Shown here: one piece after another, positions 1 to 10,589 of the stretch | Position numbering within the stretch: position 1 is the stretch's first letter | How the letters are laid out: the number at the start of each line of letters is the position of its first letter | NCBI GenBank assembly: GCA_035444565.1 | Contig: DAOMOX010000002.1 | Location: 105,335-169,334 of the forward strand | Reading direction: 5' to 3' | DNA length: 64,000 nt | Source: Candidatus Dojkabacteria bacterium | Lineage (GTDB): Bacteria; Patescibacteriota; Dojkabacteria; B142; OLB20 | The notes under the pieces: model-generated | What the model was told of the DNA's origin: nothing | What the model saw: the letters and a program-made list of their open reading frames with translations, nothing else | The model's database searches: none | Program-made: the position numbers and the translations under genes

Positions 1-934
1 TCTGAGGCATATCTCGATAACTCCTTGGGATATGAGCGAAAATTTGAGTATGATGAGGACAATTCATAGGCTTAATTGCCATTTCTTCTCCATCCCTGGT
101 CTGTAATCTAAACAAATCTTCTGCGTATTTGGTCCAATGTCCACTTGTCTCATAAAGGGCTTTTTTGGTGATATGTGGAACAGTAACCTTCTCGTAACCT
201 TTGGCTTTTCTTAATTCCCATACATATTGATCTAATAAATCCCTTAATATTGTTCCCTTCGGTGTCCACATTGGTAATCCGGGACCGACCAGTTCTGAAA
301 AAGTAAACAAATCAAGTTGTTGACCAAGTTTTCTATGATCCCTTTTTTTTGCTTCTTCTTTCTGCCATAAAAATTTCTCAAGCTCTTCCTTAGAGAAAAA
401 TGCAGTACCATAAACTCTTGTTAACATTTCATTCTTTTCATCTCCCTTCCAATAAGCCCCTGCAATATTTAATACTTTGAATGCCTTGATTTCTCCAGTA
501 GAATCGATATGAGGGCCTTTGCATAAATCCACGAACACGTCACCAGTATAATAGACAGATAAACTTTCTCCAGTTTTTACGAACTCAGTTATAAGCTCTT
601 GTTTGAACGGATTATCTTTGAAAAGCTCTCTCGCTTCTTCCTCACTAACGTCTTTTCTACTTATCTGTAAATCGGCATCAATAATCTCTTTCATTTTAGC
701 TTCAATCTTCTCGAAATCTTCTTCTGTTGGTGCCACTTCCCATCTCGAGTCATTATAAAAGCCCTCTGAGATTGCAGGGCCAATAGCTCTTTTAATTTTT
801 CCAGGCCAAATCTCCTCGATTGCCTGATTGAAAACATGCTCAGTTGTATGTCTTAATTTGTAAAGTTTGAAATCTTCTTCATTTCTGACATAGTCAGGAA
901 GCAGATTTTTAAAATCTTCGTAATTGTCGTTCAT
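1..934 (-). CDS. thrS: Threonyl-tRNA synthetase, N-terminal part (gene continues beyond window start)
   Basis: Reverse translation from ATG (complement 932-934) gives MNDNYEDF...HTTEHVF...CKGPH...RDHRKLGQQLDLF, i.e. ThrRS N2 editing-domain motifs and the start of the class II catalytic core. No stop codon before position 1. Confidence 0.6.
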   Translation of the reverse strand, partial: MNDNYEDFKNLLPDYVRNEEDFKLYKLRHTTEHVFNQAIEEIWPGKIKRAIGPAISEGFYNDSRWEVAPTEEDFEKIEAKMKEIIDADLQISRKDVSEEEARELFKDNPFKQELITEFVKTGESLSVYYTGDVFVDLCKGPHIDSTGEIKAFKVLNIAGAYWKGDEKNEMLTRVYGTAFFSKEELEKFLWQKEEAKKRDHRKLGQQLDLFTFSELVGPGLPMWTPKGTILRDLLDQYVWELRKAKGYEKVTVPHITKKALYETSGHWTKYAEDLFRLQTRDGEEMAIKPMNCPHHTQIFAHIPRSYRDMPQ

Positions 935-1209
935 CGAAAATTGTTAATAATTAATTTTTACGTCTCATTAGCACCTAAACCATACAAATGCTAAAAGACC
1001 CTTTACTTATCTATTAATAGATTAGTCAAGGGTCTTCGAGGACGGTTCCACCTTTAGTTTAACTTTAGGTAATATTTGATTGTATGGTATGAACTTTTTA
1101 GAAAATTTTCACTAATATTTTCTTCTCTGCGTTTTTAATTTAGTGTATATTATAAACAATTTGATAGTACAAAATCAAAAAAGTAATTTATACCAAGTGA
1201 AACTGTCCA

Positions 1210-2460
1210 ATGTCCCTTAAAGTTCTTATGTTCGGGTGGGAGTTAGCTCCCATAGTTTATGGAGGATTAGGGGTTGTCTGTCGTTCAATAACAGAAAGAC
1301 TTATTCAATCTAACATCCGGGTCACGTATGTTATTCCGAAGTTGCCGGTACCTATCGACATCCCTAATTTAAATTTAGTAAACGCATCCGAAATTGTATT
1401 GGACGAAAAAATGTTTAGAAAATTATCGATCGACTCCACTTTAACCCCTTACGTTAATAACGAAAGTTATTCCCAATTTGTCAATTTCCTTCGTAAAAAC
1501 CACATAGGTGAACAAAATTCAGATGTCTACGGGATGGACTTATTTACAGAGGTGGAGAGATATTCTTACCGAGCAAGAGATCTCGTCAAATCTGCTGATT
1601 TTGATGTGATTCATTGTCATGATTGGATGACCTTCAAAGCAGGAGTCTTCGCTAAACAAATCTCGGGCAAACCACTTATTGTCCACGTTCATGCTACAGA
1701 ATATGATAGATCGGCCGGAAACCCAAACCCAGCAGTATTAGACTACGAGAGGTTTGGTCTAGAAAATGCTGACAAAATCATAGCTGTATCAAATTTCACA
1801 AAAGAAAAAATAGTAGAAAAATACAATATTGATCCATCGAAAATTAGAGTAGTTCATAACGCAATAGAGAAAAATATTACGAATAGTTCTGTCAGACCAG
1901 AAATGACAAAACAAAAAGATGAAAAGATGATATTATTCCTTGGAAGACTCACAATTGCTAAAGGAGCAGATTATTTACTCCAAGCAGCTCAGAAAGTAAT
2001 CAAAATTATTCCTGAAGCAAAGTTTGTATTCGTAGGAAAAGGTGAGATGATCAAAGAATTGATAGACATGAGTATAGAACTTGGTATTTCAGAGAATATT
2101 GTATTCACCGGATGGTTAAATCACGAACAAGTTGACCAAGCATACAAACAAGCGGATTTGTTTGTGATGCCCTCGATTACAGAGCCATTTGGACTAACAG
2201 CACTTGAGGCTATGAGGAATGGAACGCCAGTGCTGTTATCAAGACAAAGCGGAGTGAGCGAAGTTGTACAAAATTGTCTAAAAGTTGATTTCTGGGATAT
2301 TGATGCAATGGCAAATAAAATTCTATCAGTACTTAGATATCAACCTTTACAAGAAACGTTACGTGAAAATGGTAACCACGATGTGAACCATCTAAGTTGG
2401 GAATCACAAACAAATAAAATTATCGATTTATATAACGAATTGATTGTTAATGAAAATTAA
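1210..2460 (+). CDS. Glycogen synthase-like glycosyltransferase (GT5/GT4 fold, archaeal GS type)
   Basis: WELAPIVYGGLGVV N-terminus, CHDWMTF, EPFGLTALEAM motifs resemble ADP/UDP-glucose glycogen synthases of Pyrococcus type. Overlaps next gene, operon-like. Confidence 0.6.
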   Translation: MSLKVLMFGWELAPIVYGGLGVVCRSITERLIQSNIRVTYVIPKLPVPIDIPNLNLVNASEIVLDEKMFRKLSIDSTLTPYVNNESYSQFVNFLRKNHIGEQNSDVYGMDLFTEVERYSYRARDLVKSADFDVIHCHDWMTFKAGVFAKQISGKPLIVHVHATEYDRSAGNPNPAVLDYERFGLENADKIIAVSNFTKEKIVEKYNIDPSKIRVVHNAIEKNITNSSVRPEMTKQKDEKMILFLGRLTIAKGADYLLQAAQKVIKIIPEAKFVFVGKGEMIKELIDMSIELGISENIVFTGWLNHEQVDQAYKQADLFVMPSITEPFGLTALEAMRNGTPVLLSRQSGVSEVVQNCLKVDFWDIDAMANKILSVLRYQPLQETLRENGNHDVNHLSWESQTNKIIDLYNELIVNEN

Positions 2461-3772
2461 GGAAAACACAAATTATAGAAAGTCCGTATGTTTCTACTTC
2501 CAGGTACACCAACCTTTACGCCTTACACAGTTTAATTACTTTAACAAAGGCAATACAAGTGGTTATTTCAAAGGGGATTTGCCACACACAAATAAATTTT
2601 TCATAGAGAAAGTCGGAAAGAAAAGTTACCACCCTACTAACAATTTGTTGCTTAATTTATTAGCAAATCACAAAGAATTTAAATGTAGCTTCTCTATCTC
2701 AGGTATCGCCCTTGAACAGTTCGAGAAATATGACCCAACATTGATTGAAAGCTTCCAAAGCTTGGTCAAGACCCGCAGAGTTGAACTACTAAGTGAGACT
2801 TATTACCATTCACTTAGCTGGATCTACTCAAAACAAGAATTCGCAGAACAAATAATTCTACACAGAAAGAAAATTTATAAACTTTTCAAAAAACGACCCA
2901 AAGTATTTCGTAATACTGAATTGATTTATAATAATGAACTTGCCAATTTCATTAGAAAAATGGGATTTGATGCGATACTTGCTGAAGGTTGGGATTACTA
3001 TTTAAAGTCAAAATCACCTAACTACGTCTACAATGCTCCGAAATTCGACTTACATCCCGAAGATGAAAAGATTATCAGAAATTACAAGATTAAAGACAGA
3101 GCAAATCGTAAAATCGCCCTACTCTTGAAAAATTACAAGCTTTCGGATGACATCGCATTTAGATTTTCCGATGTAAATTGGAAAGAACATCCCCTTAGTG
3201 TTGAGAAATTCGTGGATTGGGTTGAACAAGCAGATGGGGAGACTATTAACCTATTCATGGATTACGAAACTTTCGGAGAACATCAATGGGAAGACAGCGG
3301 TATTTTCAAATTCTTGGAAATGTTGCCTGCAGAACTTATTAGGAGAGGTATAGGTTTTCGAACTCCGAGCGAAACAGTGAGAGATTTTGAAGCAAGAGAC
3401 GAAATTGATATTCATAATCTAATATCATGGGCAGATATTGAGAGGGACTTATCAGCTTGGTTAGGAAATAAAATGCAAAGACATGCAGCTGACCAAATAT
3501 ACAAATATGAGCAACTGGTAAGAAGTGCAATTGGAACAATTTCTGACAAATTAACCAAACGAAAACTTCTTTCTACTTGGAGAAAGTTACAAACCTCAGA
3601 CCATTTTTACTACATGTCGACGAAATATTGGAATGACGGAGATATTCATAAATACTTCAGTCCATATGAGTCACCTTACGATGCATATATTAACTACATG
3701 AATGTCGTAAGTGATTTTAGCGATAAGCTAAAGCAAATGGTCAGTTATAAATCCTACTTGAAAAATGATTAA
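2444..3772 (+). CDS. GH57 family glycoside hydrolase (alpha-amylase/branching-enzyme family)
   Basis: FYFQVHQPLRL (GH57 region I HQP motif). Size and context in an alpha-glucan operon. Confidence 0.5.
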   Translation: MLMKIKENTNYRKSVCFYFQVHQPLRLTQFNYFNKGNTSGYFKGDLPHTNKFFIEKVGKKSYHPTNNLLLNLLANHKEFKCSFSISGIALEQFEKYDPTLIESFQSLVKTRRVELLSETYYHSLSWIYSKQEFAEQIILHRKKIYKLFKKRPKVFRNTELIYNNELANFIRKMGFDAILAEGWDYYLKSKSPNYVYNAPKFDLHPEDEKIIRNYKIKDRANRKIALLLKNYKLSDDIAFRFSDVNWKEHPLSVEKFVDWVEQADGETINLFMDYETFGEHQWEDSGIFKFLEMLPAELIRRGIGFRTPSETVRDFEARDEIDIHNLISWADIERDLSAWLGNKMQRHAADQIYKYEQLVRSAIGTISDKLTKRKLLSTWRKLQTSDHFYYMSTKYWNDGDIHKYFSPYESPYDAYINYMNVVSDFSDKLKQMVSYKSYLKND

Positions 3773-5693
3773 TTTTGGTTCATACCAAAGAGAATTCCTT
3801 ATTACAAATAAGCTGGGTACGTATTCATCAGCTAATTTCCTCTATGGCAACACAAGAAAATATCATTCTCTACTTGCTAGTACTCAAGGGCATCTTAGTA
3901 GAACAAATGTATTAAATAGGGTACTTGATCGTATCGAGACAACACAAGGCGATTTCGCACTTTCTACAAATATTTATCAAAATTATCACTTTGATCCCGA
4001 AGGATTCCGAAACATTGCAAATTTCGAGTTCGAACCACTCCCAAAGTGGTTGTATAGAGTTCCGGGTATTAGTATCGAGAAAACAATAATGTTACTCTCA
4101 GAGGATGATACACTTCTCATAAAATACAACATTAACTCATCAACAGCAGGAAAATTATTTTTGTCACCACTAATAAATATCAGAGATATTCATGAAAATG
4201 GAACTAATGAGGCGTTCAAAAATTACAAATTATTGTCTTTGGGTAATTATGGGAATGTAACATCAGAACAAAACCTTTCCATTAAATTTATTTCAGACAG
4301 TGCGAGATTCATACTTAAACCAGATACATATTTTCACATCTATTACCCGGACGAAGAGCAAAGAGGTTACAATCCGTATGAAGACTTATTTATGCCGGGA
4401 CATTTCGAATCAAACTTCATAGCTGGTGAGACAGATCACTATTTTGCATTTCATTTCAATCAAACGACTGAAGAAAACAAAATTGAAGATATGTGGCAAG
4501 ACGAATACGATAGATACTACTCCGATTCCGTGGTTAAACCACGGAATGACCTTGAGAAATCCTTGTTATCCCAGAGCGACAAACTGAAAATCTCCAGTGC
4601 TAAACACACAGGAATTGTAGCGGGATATCACTGGTTTGACGAATGGGCAAGAGATACATTTATTTCAATTCATGGTTTGGCACTTTCTCAGAATGACTTT
4701 GATTTTGCAAAGAAATTATTCGTGGAATGGGGTAAAAGTTTTCAAGATGGAATGCTTCCGAATCGATTGTTCATTAACAAAATCATGAATTCAGTAGATG
4801 GGATGTTTTGGTTTGTGGTTCGCTTGTATGAATACGTTGAAATGACCTCGGATTATGATACAGCCAAATTGTTACTACCCAATATTGAAGAAATTTTTAC
4901 AAGTATTTTAGAAGGTAAAAACAAACTTCATATCACTTCTGATGGTTTTCTCTCTGATGATAGCATAACAGAAGCACGTACATGGATGGATGCCATTGTC
5001 GAGGGCAAATCCGTAACCGATAGAAGTGGATGCGCAGTCGAGATTCAAGCACTCTGGTACAACTATCTAAGAATATTAATAATTTTCAAAGAAAAATTCG
5101 AGGATCGAACTCATTTAAATCAACTAAAAGACTTAAAAGTCACAATTGAACAAAATTTCGAAGAGAAGTTTTGGAATCAATCAACAAACTGCTTATATGA
5201 CGTCATTGGGTTAAAAGAATTAGACAAATCTATCCGACCAAACCAAATAATAGCTTTATATCTTCCATTTAAACTCCTCACAAGCAAGAGAAGTAAAATG
5301 ATTTTAGCTACTATTGAGCAAAAACTACTTACTGATGTCGGATTAAGAACATTATCTCGAGAAGACGAAAAATATATTGGTGATTACTCTGGAAATCAGA
5401 AACAGAGAGATATAAGCTACCATCAGGGCACAATTTGGCCATATTTATTGGGGTTCTACTTAGTCTCCTATCTTAAAACCTACAATTACTCTTCATCAAG
5501 TATGAAGTATGTAGATGAAAAGCTAAAGAGTTTTAATGAAAGCATTCAATCAAAAAACTTAAAGTATATTCCTGAGGTCTTTAGTGCAGATTTAGTAGAA
5601 CCAAACGGATGTTTACTTCAAGCTTGGAGCGTTGCAACGTTGTTGGAAACAATTTATTATTTAAAGATTAATAGCGATATTCATGTCAACTAG
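3765..5693 (+). CDS. Glycogen debranching enzyme-like (amylo-alpha-1,6-glucosidase, GDE_C type)
   Basis: Large (alpha/alpha)6-barrel-like protein with WFDEWARDTFIS motif. Operon context. Confidence 0.45.
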   Translation: MINFGSYQREFLITNKLGTYSSANFLYGNTRKYHSLLASTQGHLSRTNVLNRVLDRIETTQGDFALSTNIYQNYHFDPEGFRNIANFEFEPLPKWLYRVPGISIEKTIMLLSEDDTLLIKYNINSSTAGKLFLSPLINIRDIHENGTNEAFKNYKLLSLGNYGNVTSEQNLSIKFISDSARFILKPDTYFHIYYPDEEQRGYNPYEDLFMPGHFESNFIAGETDHYFAFHFNQTTEENKIEDMWQDEYDRYYSDSVVKPRNDLEKSLLSQSDKLKISSAKHTGIVAGYHWFDEWARDTFISIHGLALSQNDFDFAKKLFVEWGKSFQDGMLPNRLFINKIMNSVDGMFWFVVRLYEYVEMTSDYDTAKLLLPNIEEIFTSILEGKNKLHITSDGFLSDDSITEARTWMDAIVEGKSVTDRSGCAVEIQALWYNYLRILIIFKEKFEDRTHLNQLKDLKVTIEQNFEEKFWNQSTNCLYDVIGLKELDKSIRPNQIIALYLPFKLLTSKRSKMILATIEQKLLTDVGLRTLSREDEKYIGDYSGNQKQRDISYHQGTIWPYLLGFYLVSYLKTYNYSSSSMKYVDEKLKSFNESIQSKNLKYIPEVFSADLVEPNGCLLQAWSVATLLETIYYLKINSDIHVN

Positions 5694-7659
5694 TTTAGTA
5701 CTTGGAAACGGATCCACTCTTGTAAATATAGATGATGACTTAAATCTGAAAGATTTCTATTGGCCTTTTGTTGGAGAAGCAAATCATTTGAGTGAGAAAG
5801 CTAACGAGATTTTCTTTCTAATTGATGGGAATATAGTCCATCTCAATAAAGATAACTTCATTATCAAAACCAGTTATTTTGATAACTCACTCGTCTCAAG
5901 TTCAACAGCTATTAGCGAATTGTATAGACTGGAAATCACATTTACAGATTTCGTTCTTTACGATAAGGACGTATTCCTCAGAAAGATGAACATCGTAAAC
6001 AAAGATGAAGAATATCGTGAAATCAAAGTTTTCTTCAAACACAACTATTATATGAGAGAAGATGACAGTGGAAATACAGCGACATGGTATGAGCCCGCAA
6101 AAATTATGTGCCACTACAAAAAAAATTCATATCTAGGAATGGGTTTTTGTTCAAAGGTTCACGAATACACCTGTGCAGCACCAAATGACAATAATAACAA
6201 AGGTGCATTTCCAGACAGTGAAGGTAAGTTAGCTTTTAACCCCGTTAGTACAGGCACATCTCAATCATGCATTTCTTCTTTACTGAAGATTCAAGGAAAT
6301 TCATCGGAAAAACTCGAATATTTTATCGTTTGTGGTCAGAACTACAATGAAATCGCAGATTTAGCAAGGTTTATACGTAAAGCAGACAGGAAGAATATCG
6401 AAGAAAAAACCAACTACTTCTGGCAAAATTGGCTTAATCCAAAAACAAACATCAAGTTTTATAAGGATGAAGAAAAGAATCGTCAACTTGAAACGCTTTA
6501 TACGAGATCCCTATTAATATTAAGAACTCAGACCGACAACAACGGTGCAATAATTGCAGCAAACGACTCAACATTCGTCAAACAAGGTGGAAAAGATTCG
6601 TATTCATACATGTGGCCAAGAGATGGAGCACATACAGCAATGGCGTACATCGAAGCCGGTTATCCCGAATTAGCAAAGAATTTCTTTTTATTTTGTGAAA
6701 AAGTCATAACAAAAGAAGGCTTTTTACATCATAAATACTATTCCGACCTCTCCAAAGGTATCGGTAGTAGCTGGCATCCATGGGTAGACAAATATGGAAA
6801 CGAACAACTACCTATCCAAGAGGACGAGACAGCCGGTGTTATAGTTGCATTAAACAAATATTATCAACACTATGAAGATCGCGGACTCATCACAGAACTT
6901 TGGAATTCTTTCATTGTACCTGCCCTGAACTTTCTCATCGATTATAGATTTCTAAGTAACAATCTTACTGATAATCATCCAATAGGTTTTAAACTTGCCG
7001 GCTCTATGCTCCCAAAGCCTAGCTACGACATTTGGGAAATTCACTGGGGAGTTCATAGCTATACCATAGCCATGGTTTACTCTGCTTTGAAAGCTGGAGC
7101 ACAGTTGGCCGAAAGTATGAAGTACGAACATCTAATAGAGTCATGTGCACAAGCTGCTGACAGCATAAAAGAAGCATACGAAAAGTACTTTTATGATGAG
7201 AAAGACAGTACTTTCATAAATAGTATCTATTGCGATCCACATCATACAAAATCACGAATTGACAAGTTGTCAGATGCATCTATACACGCTCTGTGGATGT
7301 ATGGAATGTTCGACATTGACGACAAACGTATTAAATCCACTATTGAGAAAATTGAGGCTGATTTGTGGCTTGATACTGAGGTGGGTGGAATTGCTAGAAA
7401 AATGGAAGATCACTACATGCTTATAGATAAATCCCTCCCCGGTAACCCTTGGTTTATCTCTGCTCTATGGATGGTTCAATACTATTTAAAAATTGGAGAC
7501 AAATCAAAGGCCACTAGATATCTTGACTGGGTAATCGATCATACTGACCACACAGGCCTCATGGCCGAACAAGCTCATCCTCATACAGGGTTCGGACTTT
7601 CTATGAAACCGCTAACCTGGTCACATTCCGAGTTTGTGAGAACACTTAATTTGACCTAA
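5683..7659 (+). CDS. GH15 glucoamylase/glucodextranase-like glycoside hydrolase
   Basis: SYDIWEIHWG (GH15 catalytic LWEE-like region), MWPRDGAH. Follows debranching enzyme with overlapping start. Confidence 0.5.
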   Translation: MSTSLVLGNGSTLVNIDDDLNLKDFYWPFVGEANHLSEKANEIFFLIDGNIVHLNKDNFIIKTSYFDNSLVSSSTAISELYRLEITFTDFVLYDKDVFLRKMNIVNKDEEYREIKVFFKHNYYMREDDSGNTATWYEPAKIMCHYKKNSYLGMGFCSKVHEYTCAAPNDNNNKGAFPDSEGKLAFNPVSTGTSQSCISSLLKIQGNSSEKLEYFIVCGQNYNEIADLARFIRKADRKNIEEKTNYFWQNWLNPKTNIKFYKDEEKNRQLETLYTRSLLILRTQTDNNGAIIAANDSTFVKQGGKDSYSYMWPRDGAHTAMAYIEAGYPELAKNFFLFCEKVITKEGFLHHKYYSDLSKGIGSSWHPWVDKYGNEQLPIQEDETAGVIVALNKYYQHYEDRGLITELWNSFIVPALNFLIDYRFLSNNLTDNHPIGFKLAGSMLPKPSYDIWEIHWGVHSYTIAMVYSALKAGAQLAESMKYEHLIESCAQAADSIKEAYEKYFYDEKDSTFINSIYCDPHHTKSRIDKLSDASIHALWMYGMFDIDDKRIKSTIEKIEADLWLDTEVGGIARKMEDHYMLIDKSLPGNPWFISALWMVQYYLKIGDKSKATRYLDWVIDHTDHTGLMAEQAHPHTGFGLSMKPLTWSHSEFVRTLNLT

Positions 7660-7729
7660 CACCATCAAATATTTGATTTTCCAGACAAAGGTAGTTGTAT
7701 GATATAATTAATATATATACTATCTTGGA

Positions 7730-8278
7730 ATGTTAGACAAATTAAAACATACCTTTTCTCGAGCAGAAGAGTTCTACAATAATAGAATCAATGGAAATCT
7801 CGGCTACAACTTAATGTTAACAGCAGGACTTATACTAGGTAATTTAAATATGAACAAAGCATATTTGACCGGTTTTGATGGAAATATTGATGCGTTTGCC
7901 TCCGTCTGGTTATCGAATGCTCTTTTAGTAACCGCTTTTGCTTCCCCATTCATTGGTATAGGACTAGATATAAAAAATAGATTAATTCCTGCAAGAAAAG
8001 AATACACAATTGCACATCAAGAAGGAAATCTCGACATAATTGACGAAAAATATAAATTTCTAGAATCTCAAAATAAAATAATGTTTAGAAATTTTTTGAT
8101 AAACTTACTTCCTCTTATTGGTTTCGCAGGATTTACATCACCAGATTTGTTCAATGGAAATCTAAATCCAGATAATATAACTCCAACTCCTCATCTAGCA
8201 CCACAATTTGATTTACCTGCACCAGAAGTAATTCCAAATGCCCCTAAATTACCCAAGGGATTTGATCTAAGAGCCTAG
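7730..8278 (+). CDS. Hypothetical protein (hydrophobic N-terminal half)
   Basis: ORF with shared upstream 16-mer tatatatactatcttg (also before 21353). No recognisable domain. Confidence 0.3.
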   Translation: MLDKLKHTFSRAEEFYNNRINGNLGYNLMLTAGLILGNLNMNKAYLTGFDGNIDAFASVWLSNALLVTAFASPFIGIGLDIKNRLIPARKEYTIAHQEGNLDIIDEKYKFLESQNKIMFRNFLINLLPLIGFAGFTSPDLFNGNLNPDNITPTPHLAPQFDLPAPEVIPNAPKLPKGFDLRA

Positions 8279-8303
8279 ATAATTATTGAGTCTGTTTAAT
8301 ATC

Positions 8304-8500
8304 CATGACTTGATCTCGCGTATGTTACTAGACGGGACGAATCTCTAGGTAGTAATTTTCCGAGTAATAATGGTAGGTATTCGTGAGAAAGAAATCCCTA
8401 TTCTGTCATTAAATGGTGGGATTGAAGGGATATTTTTTTGTTTTACGTTTGCAAGAGATCCCCTCCCGTCATCTTAATGGTAGGATCGAAGGGAAATCAT
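8304..8500. repeat. Composite intergenic repeat element, copy 1 (unit A plus two hairpin B units, degenerate)
   Basis: catgacttgatc...ggacgaatctctaggt followed by gagaNatccc..gtcat..N..gg(t)gggat(c)gaaggg hairpins. Homologous to 42322-42492 and 45303-45478. Confidence 0.7.
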
Positions 8501-8607
8501 AACCCGCTGAGTTCTGAACTCTTAATTCTGAATGTTCCATTTCCTTTATACCTCTTTGACACAGAGTAATTCACTATGATATATAATATTAAAATTAATC
8601 AATATTA

Positions 8608-9000
8608 ATGGATATGGAAGAAGAAAATACACAATTAAAAAAGACCGAACCTCCTGTTGGACAATTTCTAAAAGATTATGCCCCTGGTTCAAGTCTTGAA
8701 ACTCTTAAGCATGATGAAAAAGTGGAGTCGAAATCTGGGAGATTTGGCTTTAGGGAACAAATGGCTCTAATAACGGGATTGAATATTGGTCTTGGAATTA
8801 TCTTTTCAACAACTGATATGTCGGTGCCCGGTAACTCAGCAAATTTGTTAGCCTTCTTAGGGACAGCCTTTGCAGGCGAACTATCAGTAGTCCCATCTCT
8901 ATACGCTAGATCCGCCAGGAATTTCTGGGACAAAGTGTTTGCAATAGCACCATTCGCTTCGATAGTTGGCACACCTGTTGTAACATCGATGATTAACTAA
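8608..9000 (+). CDS. Hypothetical small Gly/Ala-rich membrane-associated protein
   Basis: ORF only; hydrophobic GLNIGLGIIF.. segment. Confidence 0.3.
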   Translation: MDMEEENTQLKKTEPPVGQFLKDYAPGSSLETLKHDEKVESKSGRFGFREQMALITGLNIGLGIIFSTTDMSVPGNSANLLAFLGTAFAGELSVVPSLYARSARNFWDKVFAIAPFASIVGTPVVTSMIN

Positions 9001-9075
9001 CTTGTAGATTTTTCCAAATTGATTTTTTAGAACAGACGAGAAGAAAAAGTTACTGAATTCTTAATTCTAAATATT

Positions 9076-10476
9076 TCAAGTGTTTACCACCACCATCTTC
9101 CCCCTCGTCATCAAGTCTAGTGTTTCAATCGTACCTTGCATTAATTGACCTGAGTCTTTCACTCCTCCAAACGGGAAATTGTCAGGACCACGATCTGGTT
9201 TGGCATTGATTTGAACTGTGCCGACTTCTAATTTGTCAGACAATCTGAATGCTTGGTTGATGTCTTTTGTGTATAGACTTGCTTGTAGACCGTAAGGCGA
9301 ACCATTTACCAATTTGATTAGCTCTTCTTCTGTTTCATATTTTCCAATTGGTAGTAATGGACCAAATTGCTCTTCGTAGAATACTCTCATATCTGGATTT
9401 ACATTCGAGACAACTGCTGGTGAGAGTTTGTTTGATTCATGGGTTGGTGATACGTTTACCTCTGCACCTTTTGAAGTAGCATCATTATATAATTCCATTA
9501 CATAGTTCGAAGCTGACTCATCAATCATAGGATTTAATTCTAATTTCTTTACCTCTTCTGCAACTCTGTGAGTAAATTCGTCATATTGCGAATTATGTAC
9601 TATTGCTAACTTCTGTGCAGTACAACGTTGCCCACAGTAGGAGAATGCGCCTTTGACAATTTCCTTCACGGCTAACTCTAAATCTGCATTTTCTGTTACG
9701 ACTCCAATATCTTTGCCTCCCAACTCTAACAACAGAGGAACACCAAGAGATACTTTACGGATATGATTACCAACTTCGGTGCTTCCGGTAAATGCAATTA
9801 ATTTTACCAATGGATGCGTCAAAAGTGGATCGCCGATTTCTTTCGAACTACCACTCACAATATTTAGAACGCCATTTGGTAACCCAGCATCCACAAAATG
9901 TTTATAGAATTCGTAGCTTGTATACGAACCTTGTGTAGAAGGTTTGAGAACAACTGTATTTCCTGATAATAATGCAGGTGCTACTTTTGTGATTGACAAG
10001 TTGATTGGATAATTGAAAGGAGAAATCGCCAGAACAACTCCAAGGGGTACTCTTGAGTAAATCCCAGTTTTCTTATTCCGTGGATATTTTGGATCAATAT
10101 CACCATAATAGAGTGTGCCCTTCCAGTGTTTCATCGCAGAGAGCATGAGCTCCATGTAATCAATGGATCTATTTATCTCACTTCTGGCATCATCTTCAAA
10201 TTTCCCAATTTCTTTATGAAGTAACTGTGATAACCTTTCTGAGTCTTCTCTCAAACTTTTAATTGCTTTGGTAAAAATTTCAGTTCTATCCGAAAGATTA
10301 CTGTATCTCCAAGTCTGGAAAGCCTCATCTGAACTATCAACAGCAGTTTCTGCTTGTGCCTTACTAGCAGATGCTACAGAAACAAATGTTTGTAAATCCC
10401 AAGGTGACTTGATCTCAATATTACCCTGTTCACCTTCTAAATTTTGACCGTTTATTATTAATTTTTGATTTTCCAT
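9076..10476 (-). CDS. Aldehyde dehydrogenase family protein (GapN-like NAD(P)-dependent)
   Basis: LELGGKD glutamate motif and FSYCGQRCTAQ catalytic cysteine motif. Confidence 0.7.
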   Translation of the reverse strand: MENQKLIINGQNLEGEQGNIEIKSPWDLQTFVSVASASKAQAETAVDSSDEAFQTWRYSNLSDRTEIFTKAIKSLREDSERLSQLLHKEIGKFEDDARSEINRSIDYMELMLSAMKHWKGTLYYGDIDPKYPRNKKTGIYSRVPLGVVLAISPFNYPINLSITKVAPALLSGNTVVLKPSTQGSYTSYEFYKHFVDAGLPNGVLNIVSGSSKEIGDPLLTHPLVKLIAFTGSTEVGNHIRKVSLGVPLLLELGGKDIGVVTENADLELAVKEIVKGAFSYCGQRCTAQKLAIVHNSQYDEFTHRVAEEVKKLELNPMIDESASNYVMELYNDATSKGAEVNVSPTHESNKLSPAVVSNVNPDMRVFYEEQFGPLLPIGKYETEEELIKLVNGSPYGLQASLYTKDINQAFRLSDKLEVGTVQINAKPDRGPDNFPFGGVKDSGQLMQGTIETLDLMTRGKMVVVNT

Positions 10477-10589
10477 AATTTATAGATTGTTTACAAAATT
10501 TTGATTATAGGAGTAATTAATATAAATAATATAGCCGATTGCTATAAGTATTAGAATTATTAATATAATAGTTTTATGATATTCTTTCA

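Noticed and set aside
3339-3539. Short antisense ORFs nested inside larger genes (also 5902-6114, 7804-8007, 8676-8972, 11890-12108, 26478-26823, 33083-34271, 43641-45158, 49567-51047, 56681-56995 and others)
   Set aside because: Each lies wholly within a longer, motif-supported ORF on the opposite strand. Typical A/T-rich antisense artefacts.
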